64,000 nt of DNA from Chiloscyllium plagiosum (taxonomy: Eukaryota), in NCBI RefSeq assembly GCF_004010195.1, contig NC_057723.1, positions 6,694,781-6,758,780 on the forward strand, given 5' to 3'. A program made the position numbers and the translations under genes. Below are positions 1-12,530 of this stretch, piece by piece (the stretch's first letter is position 1; each line of letters opens with the position of its first letter). The notes below the pieces were generated by a model. That model saw nothing but the letters and a program-made list of their open reading frames with translations, searched no databases and was not told the DNA's origin.

Positions 1-128
1 TAGCTTATCTCTCCACGCTTCAGGCTCTCTGCCTTTATTCCTGATGAAGGGCTTTTGCCCGAAACGTCGATTTTACTGCTCCTCGGATGCTGCCTGAACT
101 GCTGTGCTCTTCCAGCACTAATCCAGAA
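1..128 (+). mobile_element. Penelope-like pLTR remnant with hammerhead-like core
   Basis: CTGATGA-A-GGGC-TTTT-GCCC-GAAAC-GTC at 41-68 followed by the gatgctgcctg...ttccagca tail seen in other PLE copies in the window. Confidence 0.7.
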
Positions 129-304
129 GACAGTGGGGGAGTTATAACGTCACTGGATGAGCAATGCAGATTAATGCCCCACTGTCTGATCTGGATCTCT
201 GAATGAGCATCTCACTTAGTGCCATTTCCCTGCCTTTGTCTCCCATCTACCTAATTCCCTTTTGAATGCTCTGATTGAATCCTTCTCCACCACACTCTCA
301 GACA

Positions 305-640
305 ACCTGATTGAAGTATCTAAAATGATAAGGGGCTTGGATAGTCAGTCTTTATCCCAGGGTGGAAATGTCAAGCATTGGGGGAAATTGGTTTATGGTG
401 AGAGGGGGGTAAGTTTAAAGGAGATGTCCGAGTAAAGGTTTTTTTTTACACAGAAGGGTGGTAGGTGCCTGGACCATGCTGCCAGGGGAGGTGGTGAAAG
501 CAGATACAACGGTCACGTTAAGAGGGTTTGAACAAGCAGAGTGTTGCGGGCTATGTGCAGAAGATGGGATTAGTTTAGTATGTCATCATAATCAGCATAG
601 ACATTGAGGGCTGAAGGGCCTGTTCTTAGCTGTACTGTTC
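305..640 (+). mobile_element. CR1 LINE 3' fragment
   Basis: Degenerate CR1 ORF2 C-terminus and gggctgaagggcctgt 3' tail. Confidence 0.7.
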
Positions 641-1026
641 TAGCCTGTCTGTTGTATGTTCTTTCCACCTCGGCCTTTAGAATATTCAATGACATCGCCG
701 CCTCCACCTTCTGAGGTAGAGAGTTCCAAAGTTGCACAACCGTCTGAGAGAGGAAAAAAGAAATTCCTAAATTCTATCCTAAAAAGGTGACCCCCCCAAT
801 TTTGAAGTAACGTCCTGTAGCTCAGCATTCACCCACACAAACAAGCATCCTTCCCCATCACCTTAGAAACAAGCCCCAGCCTATCCAATCTCTCCTTATA
901 AGCAATCCACTCAGTCTGCATATCAATCTCATAAACCCCCCTCTGAATTGCTTCCAATGCATTTACACCCTTTCTTCAATGAGATGGAAACTGCACTGTA
1001 TTTGAGATGTGGTCACAATGTACAAA

Positions 1027-1390
1027 TGTACAGAATACTGAGAGGCCTGGATAGAGTGGACATGGAGACGATGTCTCCACCAGTAGGAGAGGCTAGGAGC
1101 AGAGGGTCTAGAGTGAAAGTATGACCCTTTAGAACTAAGATGAGGAGGAATTTCTTCAGCCAGAGGGTGGAGAATCTGTGGAACTCGTTCCACAATAGTC
1201 TGTGGAGGCCAAGTCATTGGGTGTCTTTAAGCCAGAGACAGATAGGTTCTTGATTGGTAAGGGGATCAAGCGTAGGGGGACTAGGCAGGAGAATGGGGTT
1301 GAGAAACATATCAGCCACGATCGAATGGGGGAGCAGATTCGATGGGCTGAATGGACTAATTCTGTTCCTATATCTTACAGTCCTATGGCG
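1027..1390 (+). mobile_element. CR1 LINE 3' fragment
   Basis: MRRNFFSQRVENLWNS-like coding remnant and gggctgaatgg...ttcct tail. Confidence 0.75.
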
Positions 1391-1606
1391 TATAATCCTT
1401 ACTTTTATATTTAGGATTTCTTGAAATAAATGCTAGCATTCCATTTACCATTGTAACCACTTGCTGTGCCTTCATACTAACATTTTGTGATTCTTCCAGA
1501 AGAACAACCAGAATTCTCTGCTCCTCAGAATTCTTTAGTCATTGTCCACGTCCAGACTATCCATGCCTCTCAGTATTCTGTAAGGTTGTACATTGAGACC
1601 ATATCT

Positions 1607-2770
1607 CAAATATAGTGCAGTTTCCAACTCCAAATGCTTTGCTTTCTTTCAGTCCTTCCTGCCAAAGTGACCAAGTTCACATTCTCCCACACTGTACACC
1701 ATCTGCCAGATTTTCACACACAATCAATATCAGTCCGACTCCTGCCCTCTCACCTAAGTTATTGATAAGAATTGTAAAAGGCTGAGCCCTGTGAGATTCC
1801 ACTTATCAAATCCATGCAATCTGAAAGAGACCCATTTAGGCATACGCTGTTTTCTGTCAGGCAGCTATCTATGTTTATACTAACCTGACGAAGGACCAGT
1901 GCTCTGAAAACTTGTGATTCAAATGGACTATAACCTGGTGTTGTGTACCTTCTGACTTTGTCCACACCAGTCCAACACCAGCACCTCCACATCAAATGTT
2001 AGATTATGCTGGAGTATCCTGAAGTGGGAGCAGTTTCTCCCAACTTACTCCATCCAGACCTGTCTGATTGTGAATGCATAGAATCTCTACAGGCCATTTG
2101 GCCTATCAAGTCTGTACTGACCCTGTTCCCTAGATGCTGCCTGACCTGCTGCGCTTCTCCAGCAACACATTTCCATGACAGAAAACAGCGTATGCCTAAA
2201 TGGGTCTCTTTCAGATTGCGTGGATTTGATAAGTGGAATCTCACAGGGCTCAGCCTTTTACAATTCTTATCAATAACTTAGGTGAGAGGGCAGGAGTCGG
2301 ACTGATATTGATTGTGTGTGAAAATCTGGCAGATGGTGTACAGTGTGGGAGAATGTGAACTTGGTCACTTTGGCAGGAAGGACTGAAAGAAAGCAAAGCA
2401 TTTGGAGTTGAAAACTGCACTATATTTGCGCTTCTCCAGCAACACATTTCCATCTCTGATCTCCAGCATCTGCAGACCTCATTTTCTCTTCGCTGTTTTC
2501 TGTCAGGCAGCTATCTATGTTTATACTCACCTGACGAAGGACCAGTGCTCCGAAAACTTGTGATTCAAATGGACTATAACCTGGTGTTGTGTAACTTCTG
2601 ACTTTGTCCACACCAGTTCAACACCAGCACCTCCACATCATATGTTAGATTATGCTGGAGTATCCTGAAGTGGGAGCAGTTTCTCCCAACTTACACCATC
2701 CAGACCTGTCTGATTGTGAATGCATAGAATCTCTACAGGCCATTTGGCCTATCAAGTCTGTACTGACCCT
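1607..2770. repeat. Complex local duplication: 280-bp direct repeat (1845-2124 / 2491-2770) plus 253-bp inverted copy (1607-1859 / 2176-2428)
   Basis: Direct comparison; about 6 mismatches between the direct copies and about 2 between the inverted copies. Confidence 0.92.
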
Positions 2771-3536
2771 CCATCTCTTCCTCATAACACTGCATTTCCC
2801 ACGGCTAACCCACCAAACCAGCACATCCCTGGGCACTGGGTAATTTAGCATGGCCAATTTACCCTAACCCGCACACCTTTGGACTGTGGGAGGAAACCAG
2901 AGCACACGTAGGAAACTGAGAATGTCTGTGTGGAGTTTGCACAGTCTCCCGAGGCGGGAATTGAATCTGGGTCCCTGGCACTATGAGGCACTGAGCCACT
3001 GTGCCACCTCTAACTACCAGATCTGTTCTTTTCAAAGGAAACTATCTTTACAGCTGAGGTATCCCCTCCCTGAAACCATTCTTGGAAACCTCTGACACCC
3101 TGTTTCATATCTTCACATCCTTCCTGAAGTGCACTGCTCTGAAGAGGCTAAAGCCTCTTATCTAAGTGTCACCTGCTCTTGCACCCCATTACAAGGCTTA
3201 ACATGCAGTGTACTTTAATTAACTGTTCTCTCAACCAGTCCTGTTACTATCTAAGGGATCCCCATTACTAAAGATAACTTCTGGAATCTAAAGCTATCAA
3301 TCAAATTTAAATTCCATCAATTGCCCTGGTGTGATTTGACCCCATGTCTCTTGAGCATTATGTTTGGCTCTCAGATGATCAGGGTCAGTGATATTACCAC
3401 AATGTCACCGTTCCCATGATTATGGGCTACAGCTGTAAATGGCAGTGACTGCTTAGGGGACATCTTTTCTGAGCTGAGTCCTTCCCAGCAGCTGTACAGA
3501 GCGGGGCTCGGAGATTGGAGGGGATCACTTACTTAC

Positions 3537-3654
3537 TTCAACAAAGGGAGGATCTCATAGTTTTCAGCTGGTTCTTGTTTGCCGAACTGGTTACATGGGA
3601 ATGCGAGGATGATAAAATCGTCTCGACCCAGCTCGTCCTGTAGTGCATTCATTC
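3537..3654 (-). CDS. GPX3: Glutathione peroxidase 3-like, coding exon 3 ([40 protein letters not shown])
   Basis: Acceptor cttttcgtctgtag|, GPX signature [11 protein letters not shown], 118-nt exon, phase 1 in and phase 2 out, donor AA|GTAAGT; gene continues off the left end of the window. Confidence 0.95.
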
Positions 3655-3744
3655 CTACAGACGAAAAGCACATCTTATTCTGAGAACATTTCAAGTTTGT
3701 TCATGAAATGGTAAGATCAGGCCGATGAGTCTCGCCCTGTAGCT

Positions 3745-4245
3745 AATCAAGTGAGCTGGTTTGTCCTGGATAGTGCCAAGCTTCTTGAGTGTTGTTGGTG
3801 CAACCCCCATCCAGACAAGGGGGGAGTATTCCATCACACTCCTGACTTGTGACTTGGGCAGGCTTTGGGGAGTCAGCAGTTGAGTTACTTGCTGCAGTAT
3901 TCTTAACCTCTGAACTGCTCTTGCAGCTGATGTATTTATATAGTATGTCCAGTTCAATTTCTGGTCAATGGTCACCCCAGGAAGTTGACTATGTTGGTAA
4001 CATTATTGAATGTCAAGGGGCAGTTGTTAGATTGTCTCTTATTGGATATGCTCTCTGCCTGGTATTTCTGTGGCATGAATATTATTTATCACATGTCAGT
4101 TCAAACACGGACTGTTTCTGTATCTGATGAGTTGGGAATGGTGCTGAACATTGTGCAATTATTGGCAAACATTCCCAATTCTGACCTTATGATGGAGGGA
4201 AGGTCATTGATGAAGCAGCTGATAACGGTTGAAAATATTTGATGA
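3745..4245 (-). mobile_element. CR1/L2-group LINE ORF2 fragment (second family)
   Basis: ORF remnant TIDQKLNWT...SQVRSVMEYSPLVWMG; same family recurs at 36250-37110, 39430-39870 and 48340-48875. Confidence 0.7.
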
Positions 4246-4299
4246 GCTTCTCAACTAGCCAACTTTCAGTCATTTGGTTTCTTCAGTCAGTTCTGCAGA

Positions 4300-5415
4300 A
4301 GGTGTGGTGTATGTGGATTTCAGTAAGACATTTGATAAGGTTCCCCACAGTAGGCTATTGCACAACATACAGGGACATGGGATTCAGGACGATTTAGCAG
4401 TTTGGAACAGAAATTGGCTAGCTGAAAGAAGACAGAGGGTGGTGTTTGATGGGAAATGTTCATCCTGGAGTTCAGTTACTATTGGTGTAACTACTAGCAA
4501 GGATCTGTTTTGGGCCCACTGCTGCTTGTCATTTTTATAAATGACCTGGATGAGGGCGTAGAAGGATGGATTAGTAAAATTGTGGATAATACTAAGGTCA
4601 GTGGAGTTGTGGATAAAGCGTAAGGATGTTGTAGGTTACAGAGGAACATAGATAAGCTGCAGAGCTGGGCTGAGAGATGGCAAATGGAGATTAATGCAGA
4701 AAAGTGTGAGGTGATTCACCCTTAACAAGAGTAACTGGAATGCACAATACTGGGCTAATGGTAGGATCCTTTGCGATGTGGATGAGCAGAGAGATCTTGG
4801 TGTCCATGTGCATAGATCCCTCAAAGTTGCCACCCAGGTTGATAGGGTTGTCAGAATCTATGAGGTCATGCTGTAGCTGTACAAAACTCTGGTGTGGCCA
4901 CACTTGGAGTATTGCGTATAGGTCTGGTCACCGCATTATAGGAAGGAGATGGAAAGGGTTCAGAGGAGATTTACTGGGATGTTGCCTGGTTTGGAGGGAA
5001 GTTCTTAGGAGGAAAGACGGAGGAACTTGACGCCATTTTCGTTAGAGAGAAGGTTGAGAAGTGACTTAATTGAGACTATAAGATAATCAGAGGATTAGAT
5101 AGGGTGGACAGTTAGAGCCTTTTTCCTCAGATGGTGATGACTAGCATGAGGGGACACAGCTTTAAATTGAAGGGTGATAGATATAGGACAGTTGTCAGAA
5201 GTAGGTTCTTTTCTCAGAGAGTAGAAGGCGCGTGGAATGCCCTGCCTGCAACAGTAGTAGACTCACCGACTTTAAGGGCATTTAAATGGTCATTGGATAG
5301 ACATTTGGATGAAATGGAATAGTTTAGGATAGATGGGCTTCAGATTGGTTTCACAGGTTGATGCAATGTTGAGGGCCGAAGGGCCTGTACTGCGCTGTAA
5401 TGTTCTATGTTCTAA
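4300..5415 (+). mobile_element. 5'-truncated CR1 LINE (RT domain to 3' tail), frameshifted
   Basis: VYVDFSKTFDKVPH RT motif, RGHSFKL...WNALP C-terminus, tgttctatgttct tail. Confidence 0.88.
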
Positions 5416-6429
5416 GTGTCATACTGGACTCAAAATGTTAACTCTGTTTTTCTCTCCACAGATGCTGCCAGACCTGCTGAAGTTATCCAGTATTTTCATT
5501 TCTACTTTGCAGTATTTATTTGGCTTTTCCAGTATACATGTAGATTAAAATGCACCATGATTATCACTGTGCCTTTCTGACAATCCCTTGTTATTTCATC
5601 CTTTATACCCCTCTCTTTAGTTATAACCAGCCACTGGACAGACTGGGGTTTATTTCCTTCGAATCGAGAAGATTGAGAGTGGGCATGATTAAGGTTTATA
5701 AACCTGTGAGGGCCATAGACAGGAAGAAACCTTTCACCTTGGAGGAATCAATGACTGGGGTGGCAGAGCATAGGTTTAAAGGAAGGGGCAGGGGGTTTAG
5801 ATGGGGATGTGAGGAAAAACCTTTTCACCCAGAGGATGGTGGGGAAGCTGGAACTCACTGCCTGTAAGGGTGGGAGAGGCAGAAACCCCCATGGTGCTGA
5901 TGAAGTACTTAAATGTGCAATGGTGATACCAGGACACTCAGGCTATGGGCCAAGTGTAGGAGAATCGGATTAGAATAATGATTTTTGACTGGTGCAGGCA
6001 GGATGGGTCAAAAGGCCTTTCACTGTGCTGTAGATTCCCATGACTTTATGAATCCACCTTACCATGTGGTCATTGTCATGAATCTATACAGCACTCGCAC
6101 CAGTGACCTCCTGCCAATATCATTTCTCATTTCAACTGCAACTCTTTCTCCAGCTTAGTTTCCTGAACACAGGCATCCCTTCACCTTCTCCTAAATTCCT
6201 AACTGCCCTGTGACCTCTGAGCAGCACCACTCCATGCCATCATTCAGCCTTGTCTATGTTATAGCTACTAAACTGTATTCATTCATTTCTATTTGTGCTC
6301 TCCTATTTCAGTTTGACTGAGGTATATTCAGATACTGGGCGTATAGTTTCAGTCATTTACTCTCTTTGTAAACTTCAGTCTTATCTGTTGGTTGATTCTT
6401 GGATTTGTGCCCTCTCTCTCTCTCTTCCT

Positions 6430-6640
6430 TAGAGACAAAAAAAGTGCAGATGCTGGAATCCAAACTGGACAAATAGAGGCTGGAAGAACACAGCAAGCCA
6501 GGCAGCGTCAGGAGGTGAAGAAATCAATGTTTCGGATATAACCCTTCTTCAGGAATGAGGTTCTACCCAAAATGCCAATTATTCCACCTCCTGATGTGCC
6601 TAGCTTGCTGTGTTCTTCCAGCTTTCTGCTTGTATACTCA
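6430..6640. mobile_element. Penelope pLTR-derived fold-back insertion
   Basis: Imperfect inverted arms (ctggaagaacacagcaagc / gcttgctgtgttcttccag); 10-bp TSD ctctcttcct at 6420-6429 and 6641-6650. Confidence 0.65.
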
Positions 6641-6779
6641 CTCTCTTCCTGTCATGGTCAGTCGATTATTGCCCATATTAATACCTTTCCCTGTGCTCTT
6701 GTTCCTACTTTTTAACATGACCACACCTTCCCCAGATTGTGATTCATCTTGCCAAACCTGATTCCTTACCCCCACTATT

Positions 6780-7455
6780 CATAGAGATATACAGGATAAA
6801 AACAGACCCTTCAGTCCAATTCGTCCATGCTGCCCAATACATCCGAACCTAATTTAGTCCCATTTGCCAACATTTGGTCCATATCCCTCTAAACCTTCCT
6901 ATTCATATACCCATCCAGATGCCTTTTAAATGTTGTAATTGTACCAGCCTCCACCAGTTCCTCTGGCAGCTTATTCCACACACCCACCACCCTCTGCATG
7001 AAAACGTTCCCCTTAGGTCCCTTTTATATCTTCCCCCTCTCATCTTAAACCTATGCCCTCTAGTTCTGGACTCCTCTACCTCAGGGAGAAGGCCTTGTTT
7101 GTTTACCCTATCCATGCCCCTCATGATTTTGTAAACTTCTATAAGGTCACCCCTCAGCCTCTGACACTCCAGTGACAACAGCCCCAGCCTATTCAACCTC
7201 TCCCTATAGCTCAAACCCTCCAACACTGGCAACATCCTTGTAAATCTTTTCTGAACCCTTTCAAGTTTCACAACAGCTTTCCGATAGGCGGGACACCAGA
7301 ATTGCATGCAATATTCCAACAGTGGCCTAACCAATGTCCTGTACAGCCACAACATGACCTCCCAACTCCTGTACTCAATACTCTTGACCAATAAAGGAAA
7401 GCATACCAAACGCCTTCTTCACTATCCTAGCTACTGGCAACTCCACTTTCAAGGA
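6780..7455 (-). mobile_element. CR1 (HER1-like) LINE 3' fragment
   Basis: ORF LYRTLVRPLLEYCMQFW...RLRGDLIEVYKIM. Confidence 0.9.
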
Positions 7456-8997
7456 TTAAAATCTCCACCTCTCCAGTTAGGAAGCAAGAACACCAGCTCC
7501 AGCAGAGTTCAGGGAGAGATTACCTTATTGGTTGTGCTCCCATTTTCCCCAGGAGTGATTAAAAAGGGAAGCCAAGTGAGCACGAGGGAGAAGGAAACAG
7601 AAGGATAAAATGCTGGCGGGAGATGAAGTAGGGTTGGAGAAGGATTAGGTAACATATTAACTAGGATAGCTCACTGCTGATTCCCAGCACCAGGCACCCA
7701 GGTTTGATTGCAGCCTCAGGAGACGGTGTGTGGAGTTTGCACGTTCTCCCCGTGTCTGCACGGGTTTCCACCCACAGTCCAAAGATATGCAAGTTAGGTG
7801 GATTGGCAATGGGAAACTGACCATAGTGATCAGGGATGTGTGGGTTAGCCTAAGAGAAATATAGAGATGGGTGGGGTTGCTGGATGGGATGCTCTTTGGA
7901 GGATCAGTGCAGACTTGATGGGCTGAATAGCCTTGTTCCGCACTTTAGGGACTCTGGGAGTAGGTCATTCAGCCCCTTGAGCATGTTCTATCATTTATAA
8001 TAATCATGGCCAATCATAACTCAGTCTCAACACCATTTTCCTGCCTGCTCCTCATAACCCTTCAACCTGTTACTAATTACAAATCTATCTCCTCCTTTAA
8101 ATTTATTCAGTGTCTTAGCATCCACCACACTCTGGAGCAGTGAATTCCGTAGATTCATGACCCTCACAGAATGAATTCCTCCTCGGAGCAAAGACGTGCA
8201 GGTTAGGGTGGACTGGCCGTGCAAAATTGCCCAAAGTGTAGGTTCGGTGGACTGGCCACGGGAAATGCAGGGATAGAGTGGGTCAGTGTAGGATGCTCTT
8301 TGGAGGATTGGTATGGACTAGATAGGCCGAACAGCCTGCTTCCGCACTGTAGGGATTCTGTAAATCATCTGTTCAAATTCATTTGCTCCTCAGACAGCGC
8401 CTTCCAAACCCACGACCACTTCTGTCGTGCACTTGGGAACACCACCCACCACCTGCAAGTTCCACCCCACTCACCACCCTAACTAGGAAACATATCACTG
8501 TTCCTTATTTGGGTCAAACTCCTGGCACACCTTCCCTACCGGCATTGTGGGTCAACCCACCGCAAGTGGACTGCAGTGATTTAAGACGGCAGCTCACCCC
8601 CACCTTCGAGGGCAACTAGGGATGGGCTGTCAATGCTGGCCAGCCAGCGATGCCAAGTCCCAGAAATAAATTTTTAAAAAATCTGTTTTAAATCTGCCAA
8701 AGTTGGAAGTCACATGACACTAGACTATAGACCAACAGGCTTATTTGAAATCCCATGCTTTCGGAACTCTGCCCCTTCGTCTGTGCCCTTCCTTCCACTT
8801 CAACTGATGAAGGTGCAGTGCTCTGAAAGCTTGGAATTTCAGATAAACCTGTTGGACTATAACCTGGTGTCAAGAGACTTCTGACTTTGTCCACCCCAGT
8901 CCAACACCGGCACCTCTGCACCAATAAATCTGCCAACGCCTACGATGGATGGAATATAATTGTCAGCACAGTCAGTGGAGCTGCAGGTCATCCTCAC

Positions 8998-9154
8998 CCT
9001 TATATTGGGGCGTCAGGCCTCAAAATGTGGCGACGTTGACGACCAGGATTAGCTTTCCCGCGTAGTCATGAAAGGAGATGTTTCTGCTTCCGTCTATAGT
9101 TGTTGCTCCATAGTCATGGAGCGAACCAGGGGCTGAGCTGTTGCAGTGAGAAGT
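8998..9154 (-). CDS. GPX3: Glutathione peroxidase 3-like, coding exon 2 (TSHCNSSAPGSLHDYGATTIDGSRNISFHDYAGKLILVVNVATF-U-GLTPQYK)
   Basis: Acceptor tttctgtttccag|, GPX motif GK.IL.VNVATF[TGA]GLT.QY, phase-1 donor G|GTGAGG; exon layout as in vertebrate GPX3. Confidence 0.95.
9020..9022 (-). other. GPX3: Selenocysteine (UGA) codon of GPX3
   Basis: In-frame TGA at the catalytic position of NVATF-U-GLT with conserved coding sequence continuing after it. Confidence 0.93.
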
Positions 9155-9307
9155 CTGGAAACAGAAAGGATAAAGGAGGTTTACTGTCACTTCTCCCCGC
9201 AACCTGCTGCTGCACCCAGAGCAACCTGCACCCCCTGGCGCCCTGGCCATAATCTATAGAAATCAGGAAGAATACCGCAAATTCAGGAGAGAGACGAAGG
9301 CTGGAAT

Positions 9308-9452
9308 GATGAGGAAGTGATGACTGCAGATGCTGGAGATCAGAGTCAAAAGGCCTGGTGCTGGAAAAGGGCTTATGCTCAAAACGGCGACTCTCTTGCT
9401 CCTCAGACGCTGCCTGACCAGCTGTGCTTTTCTAGTGCCACAGTTTTCAACT
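9308..9452. mobile_element. Penelope pLTR-derived short insertion with inverted part
   Basis: 11-bp TSD aaggctggaat at 9297-9307 and 9453-9463; pLTR motifs (gggcttatgc, gctgcctgacc, tgcagatgctgg) in both orientations. Confidence 0.7.
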
Positions 9453-9499
9453 AAGGCTGGAATAAGGAAGGCTAACAGGAAAGGATGGAATGCTTCACA

Positions 9500-9840
9500 G
9501 AATCCCTACAGTGTGGAAACAGGCCATTAGCCCCAACAAGTCCCCTCCCAAGAGTAACCCACCCAGACCTATTCCCTTACCCTATTATCTTACATTTACC
9601 GCTGACTAATGCGCCTAACCTACACATCCCTGAAATACAATGGGCAATTTAGTATGGCCAAACTTTGGACCTTTTAACCTGAACATCCTTGGACTATGGG
9701 ATGAAACCGGAGCACCTGGAGGAAATCCGCACAGACACGGGGAGAATGTGCAAACTCCACATAGACAGTCGCCCAAGGCTGGAATCAAACCCAGGTCCCT
9801 AGTGCTATGAGGCAGCAGTGCTAACCACTGAGCCACCATG
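9500..9840 (-). mobile_element. HE1-type tRNA-derived SINE
   Basis: Head ggtggctcagtggttagcactgctgcctc, central tgtggagtttgcacattctccccgtgtctg domain, cctgtttccacactgt tail. Confidence 0.85.
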
Positions 9841-9852
9841 TTGTGCTATAAC

Positions 9853-12530
9853 ACACAGTAAAATGTTCTTCAGACACATTAATGGTAAGATATTAGTGAA
9901 GGATAGAGTGGAGTCCAAACAGAACAAACAATATAAGCTGATCATTGAAGCAAAGGATATGGCAGAGTTATGGAATGGGTACTCTGCTTCTGCCTTTAGC
10001 AAATTTGAAAATGGTGACAATGGTCCAGTTGAAAATGTGGGTGTTGAGTAACTGAGCAGTATAGTGTTAGATAAGAAAGAGGTGTTAAAAAGCCTGGCAG
10101 CACTCCAGGGAGAGAGGTCACCGAGTTCAGATGCGATACATCCTGGATTGCTGAGAGAGAGGTAAGGGAGCAAATTGTGGAGCCATTGACAGAAATTCTC
10201 CAGAGCTCTGTGAACACAGGATTAGTCCCAGGGGGGCTGGAGAATCGTAAATGTGACACCTTTGTTTAAGAAAGGGAGAGAGGATAATCCAGGAAACTAC
10301 AGACCTACAAATCAGCGTGACATCAGTAGTGGGAAAACTAATGGAGGCCATAATACAGGATAGATTGGAGCAAAATAAGCTAATACTTGACTATCAATAT
10401 GGCTTTGTCAAAGACAGGTCGTGTCTGACAAATGTAATTGAGTTCTGTGACAAGGTGGCACAGATAGTGGATGTTGTATATTTGGACTTTCAGAAAGCAT
10501 TTGATGCAGTGCCATCTGGCAGGTTGGTTGGCAAATTAGGAATGTTTGGGATTGATGGGTCCTTGATAGCATGGATTAGAAATTGGTTAAAAGTTAGGAA
10601 ACCCAGGGTATGTATTGATAGGCATTTCTCAGACTGAGATGGAGTTGAAAGTCGTGTTCCCCCAGGGTTGGTGTTGGGACCCTTGCTTTTTCTGATTTAT
10701 ATAAACAATTTGGAGATGGGTGTTGATGGCAAAATCTCTAAATTTGCAGATCATTGAAGCAAAGCTAGGGAGAATAATGAACAGTGATGATGATGCTGAG
10801 CAGCTTCAGAGGGACATTGACAAGTTGGTGAAATGGGCAGGCACTTGGCAGATGAATTTCAATGCAGAGAAATGTGAGGGAATGCATTTTGGTCCAAGGA
10901 ACGCAGAGAGACAGTACAGGCCTCAATGGGACAACTCTGAGGGGAGTACAGGAGCAGAGGGACCTCAGGGTTCACGTACATGATTCTCCGAGGTGATCAG
11001 GCAAGCTGAATCAGTTGTTACGGCGGCTTATAGGATCCTTGGGTTTATAAATAGAGGTTGAGAGGATAAAAGCAAGGAAGAGATGCTCCCCCTCTATAAA
11101 TCATTGGTCAGACCACAATTGAAGTAAAATGTTCAGTTCTGAGCACCTTATTTAAGGAAGGATGTTAAAGCCCTGGGGAGAGTGCAAAGGACATTTACTA
11201 GAATGATACCTGGAAAGAGGGATTTTAGGTACAAGGAAAGATTAGAGAAATTGAGTTTATTCTTATTGGAACAGAGAAGATTAAGAGGTGACCTCCTTGA
11301 GGTGTTTAAAATTATAACCATTTTGACAGGGTAAAGAAGATTTTTGTGTTCCCATTAGTTGGTACGTCAGTAACTAGGGGTCACAATTTCAAGATTGTTA
11401 GCAAGAGAGCTAGGAGTGAGATGAGGAGAAAGGTCTTTACTCAGAGAGTCATTAGGATTTGGAATGCACTGCCTGAGGGAATGGTGGAGGCGATTCTATG
11501 GAACATTCCAAAGAGAGCTGGATACATATTTGAAAGTGATGAATTTAGAGCATTACAGAGATAGGGCTGGAGAGTGGGACTAGCTGGGTAGCTCTTTCAT
11601 GATCTCATCCACGTCCTGCACCTCCGCCCTCAAACCCCAGCCCTCCAACCGCAACAAGGACAGAACCTTGTTGTCCTCACCTTCCACCCCACCAACTTCC
11701 GTATACATCGCATCATCCTCTGCCAGTTCCGCCACCTGCGCACGGACCCCACCACCAGACATATATTTCCCTCCCCACCCCGGTCCGCTTTCCATAAAGA
11801 CCGTTCCCTCCGCGACTAACTGGTCAGGTGTCGCCACCCTACAACCCACCCTCCTGTCCTGGCACCTTCCCCTGCCACCACAGGAATTGCAAAACCTGCA
11901 CCCACACCTCCCCCATCACCTCCTTCCAAGGCCCCAAAGGAGCCTTCCACATCCATCAAAGTTTCACCTGCACATCCACCAATATCATTTATTGTATCGG
12001 TTGCTCCCGATGCAGTCTCCTCTACAATGGGGAGACTGGATGCCTTCTCACAGAGCGCTTTATAGAACATCTCCGGGACACCCGCACCAATCAACCCCAC
12101 TGCCTCGTGGCCCAACATTTCAACTCCCCCTCTCACTCTGCCATGGACATGCAGGTCCTGGGCCTTCTCCACTGCCACTCACTCACCAATTGAGAAAGAA
12201 TGCCTTACCTTCTGCCTCGGGACCCTTCAACCCCAGGGCATCAATGTGGACTTCACCAGTTTCCTTATTTCTCCTCCCCCCATCTTAGCCCAGTTCCAAA
12301 CTTCCAGCTCAGCACCGTCCTCGTGACCTGTCCTACCTGCCAGTCTTCCTTCCCACCTATCCACTCTACCCTCCTCTCTGACCTATCACCTTTTCAGCGC
12401 CACTCTAATCTTGACTCTGATCTCCAGCATCTGCCGTACGCACTTTTGCCTAGCTCTTTCAGGAGCCAGTTACAGACACGATGGGTTGAATGGCCTCACT
12501 CCGTACTGTAAAATTCTATGATTCTATGCA
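9853..12530 (+). mobile_element. Long degenerate CR1 LINE ORF2, interrupted near its 3' end by a Penelope insertion
   Basis: NYRP...TSVVGKLME, QYGFVKDRSCLTN, YLDFQKAFD, RGHNFKI...WNALP motifs with stops and frameshifts. Confidence 0.9.
11600..12450 (+). mobile_element. Penelope-like element (Neptune-type), 5'-truncated, GIY-YIG endonuclease remnant
   Basis: GTFPCHHRNCKTC...FTCTSTNIIYCIGCSRCSLLYNGET..ERFIEH; 11-bp TSD tagctctttca at 11589-11599 and 12451-12461. Confidence 0.88.

Noticed and set aside
1-3536. GPX3 exon 4/5 or SECIS element
   Set aside because: No YVRPG/WNFEKF-like coding sequence or convincing SECIS seen; region is almost all TE-derived
9155-9250. N-terminal part of the 76-aa ORF (MARAPGGAG...) as GPX coding sequence
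   Set aside because: Lies upstream of the polypyrimidine tract and AG acceptor at 9155; it is intron sequence that happens to be open
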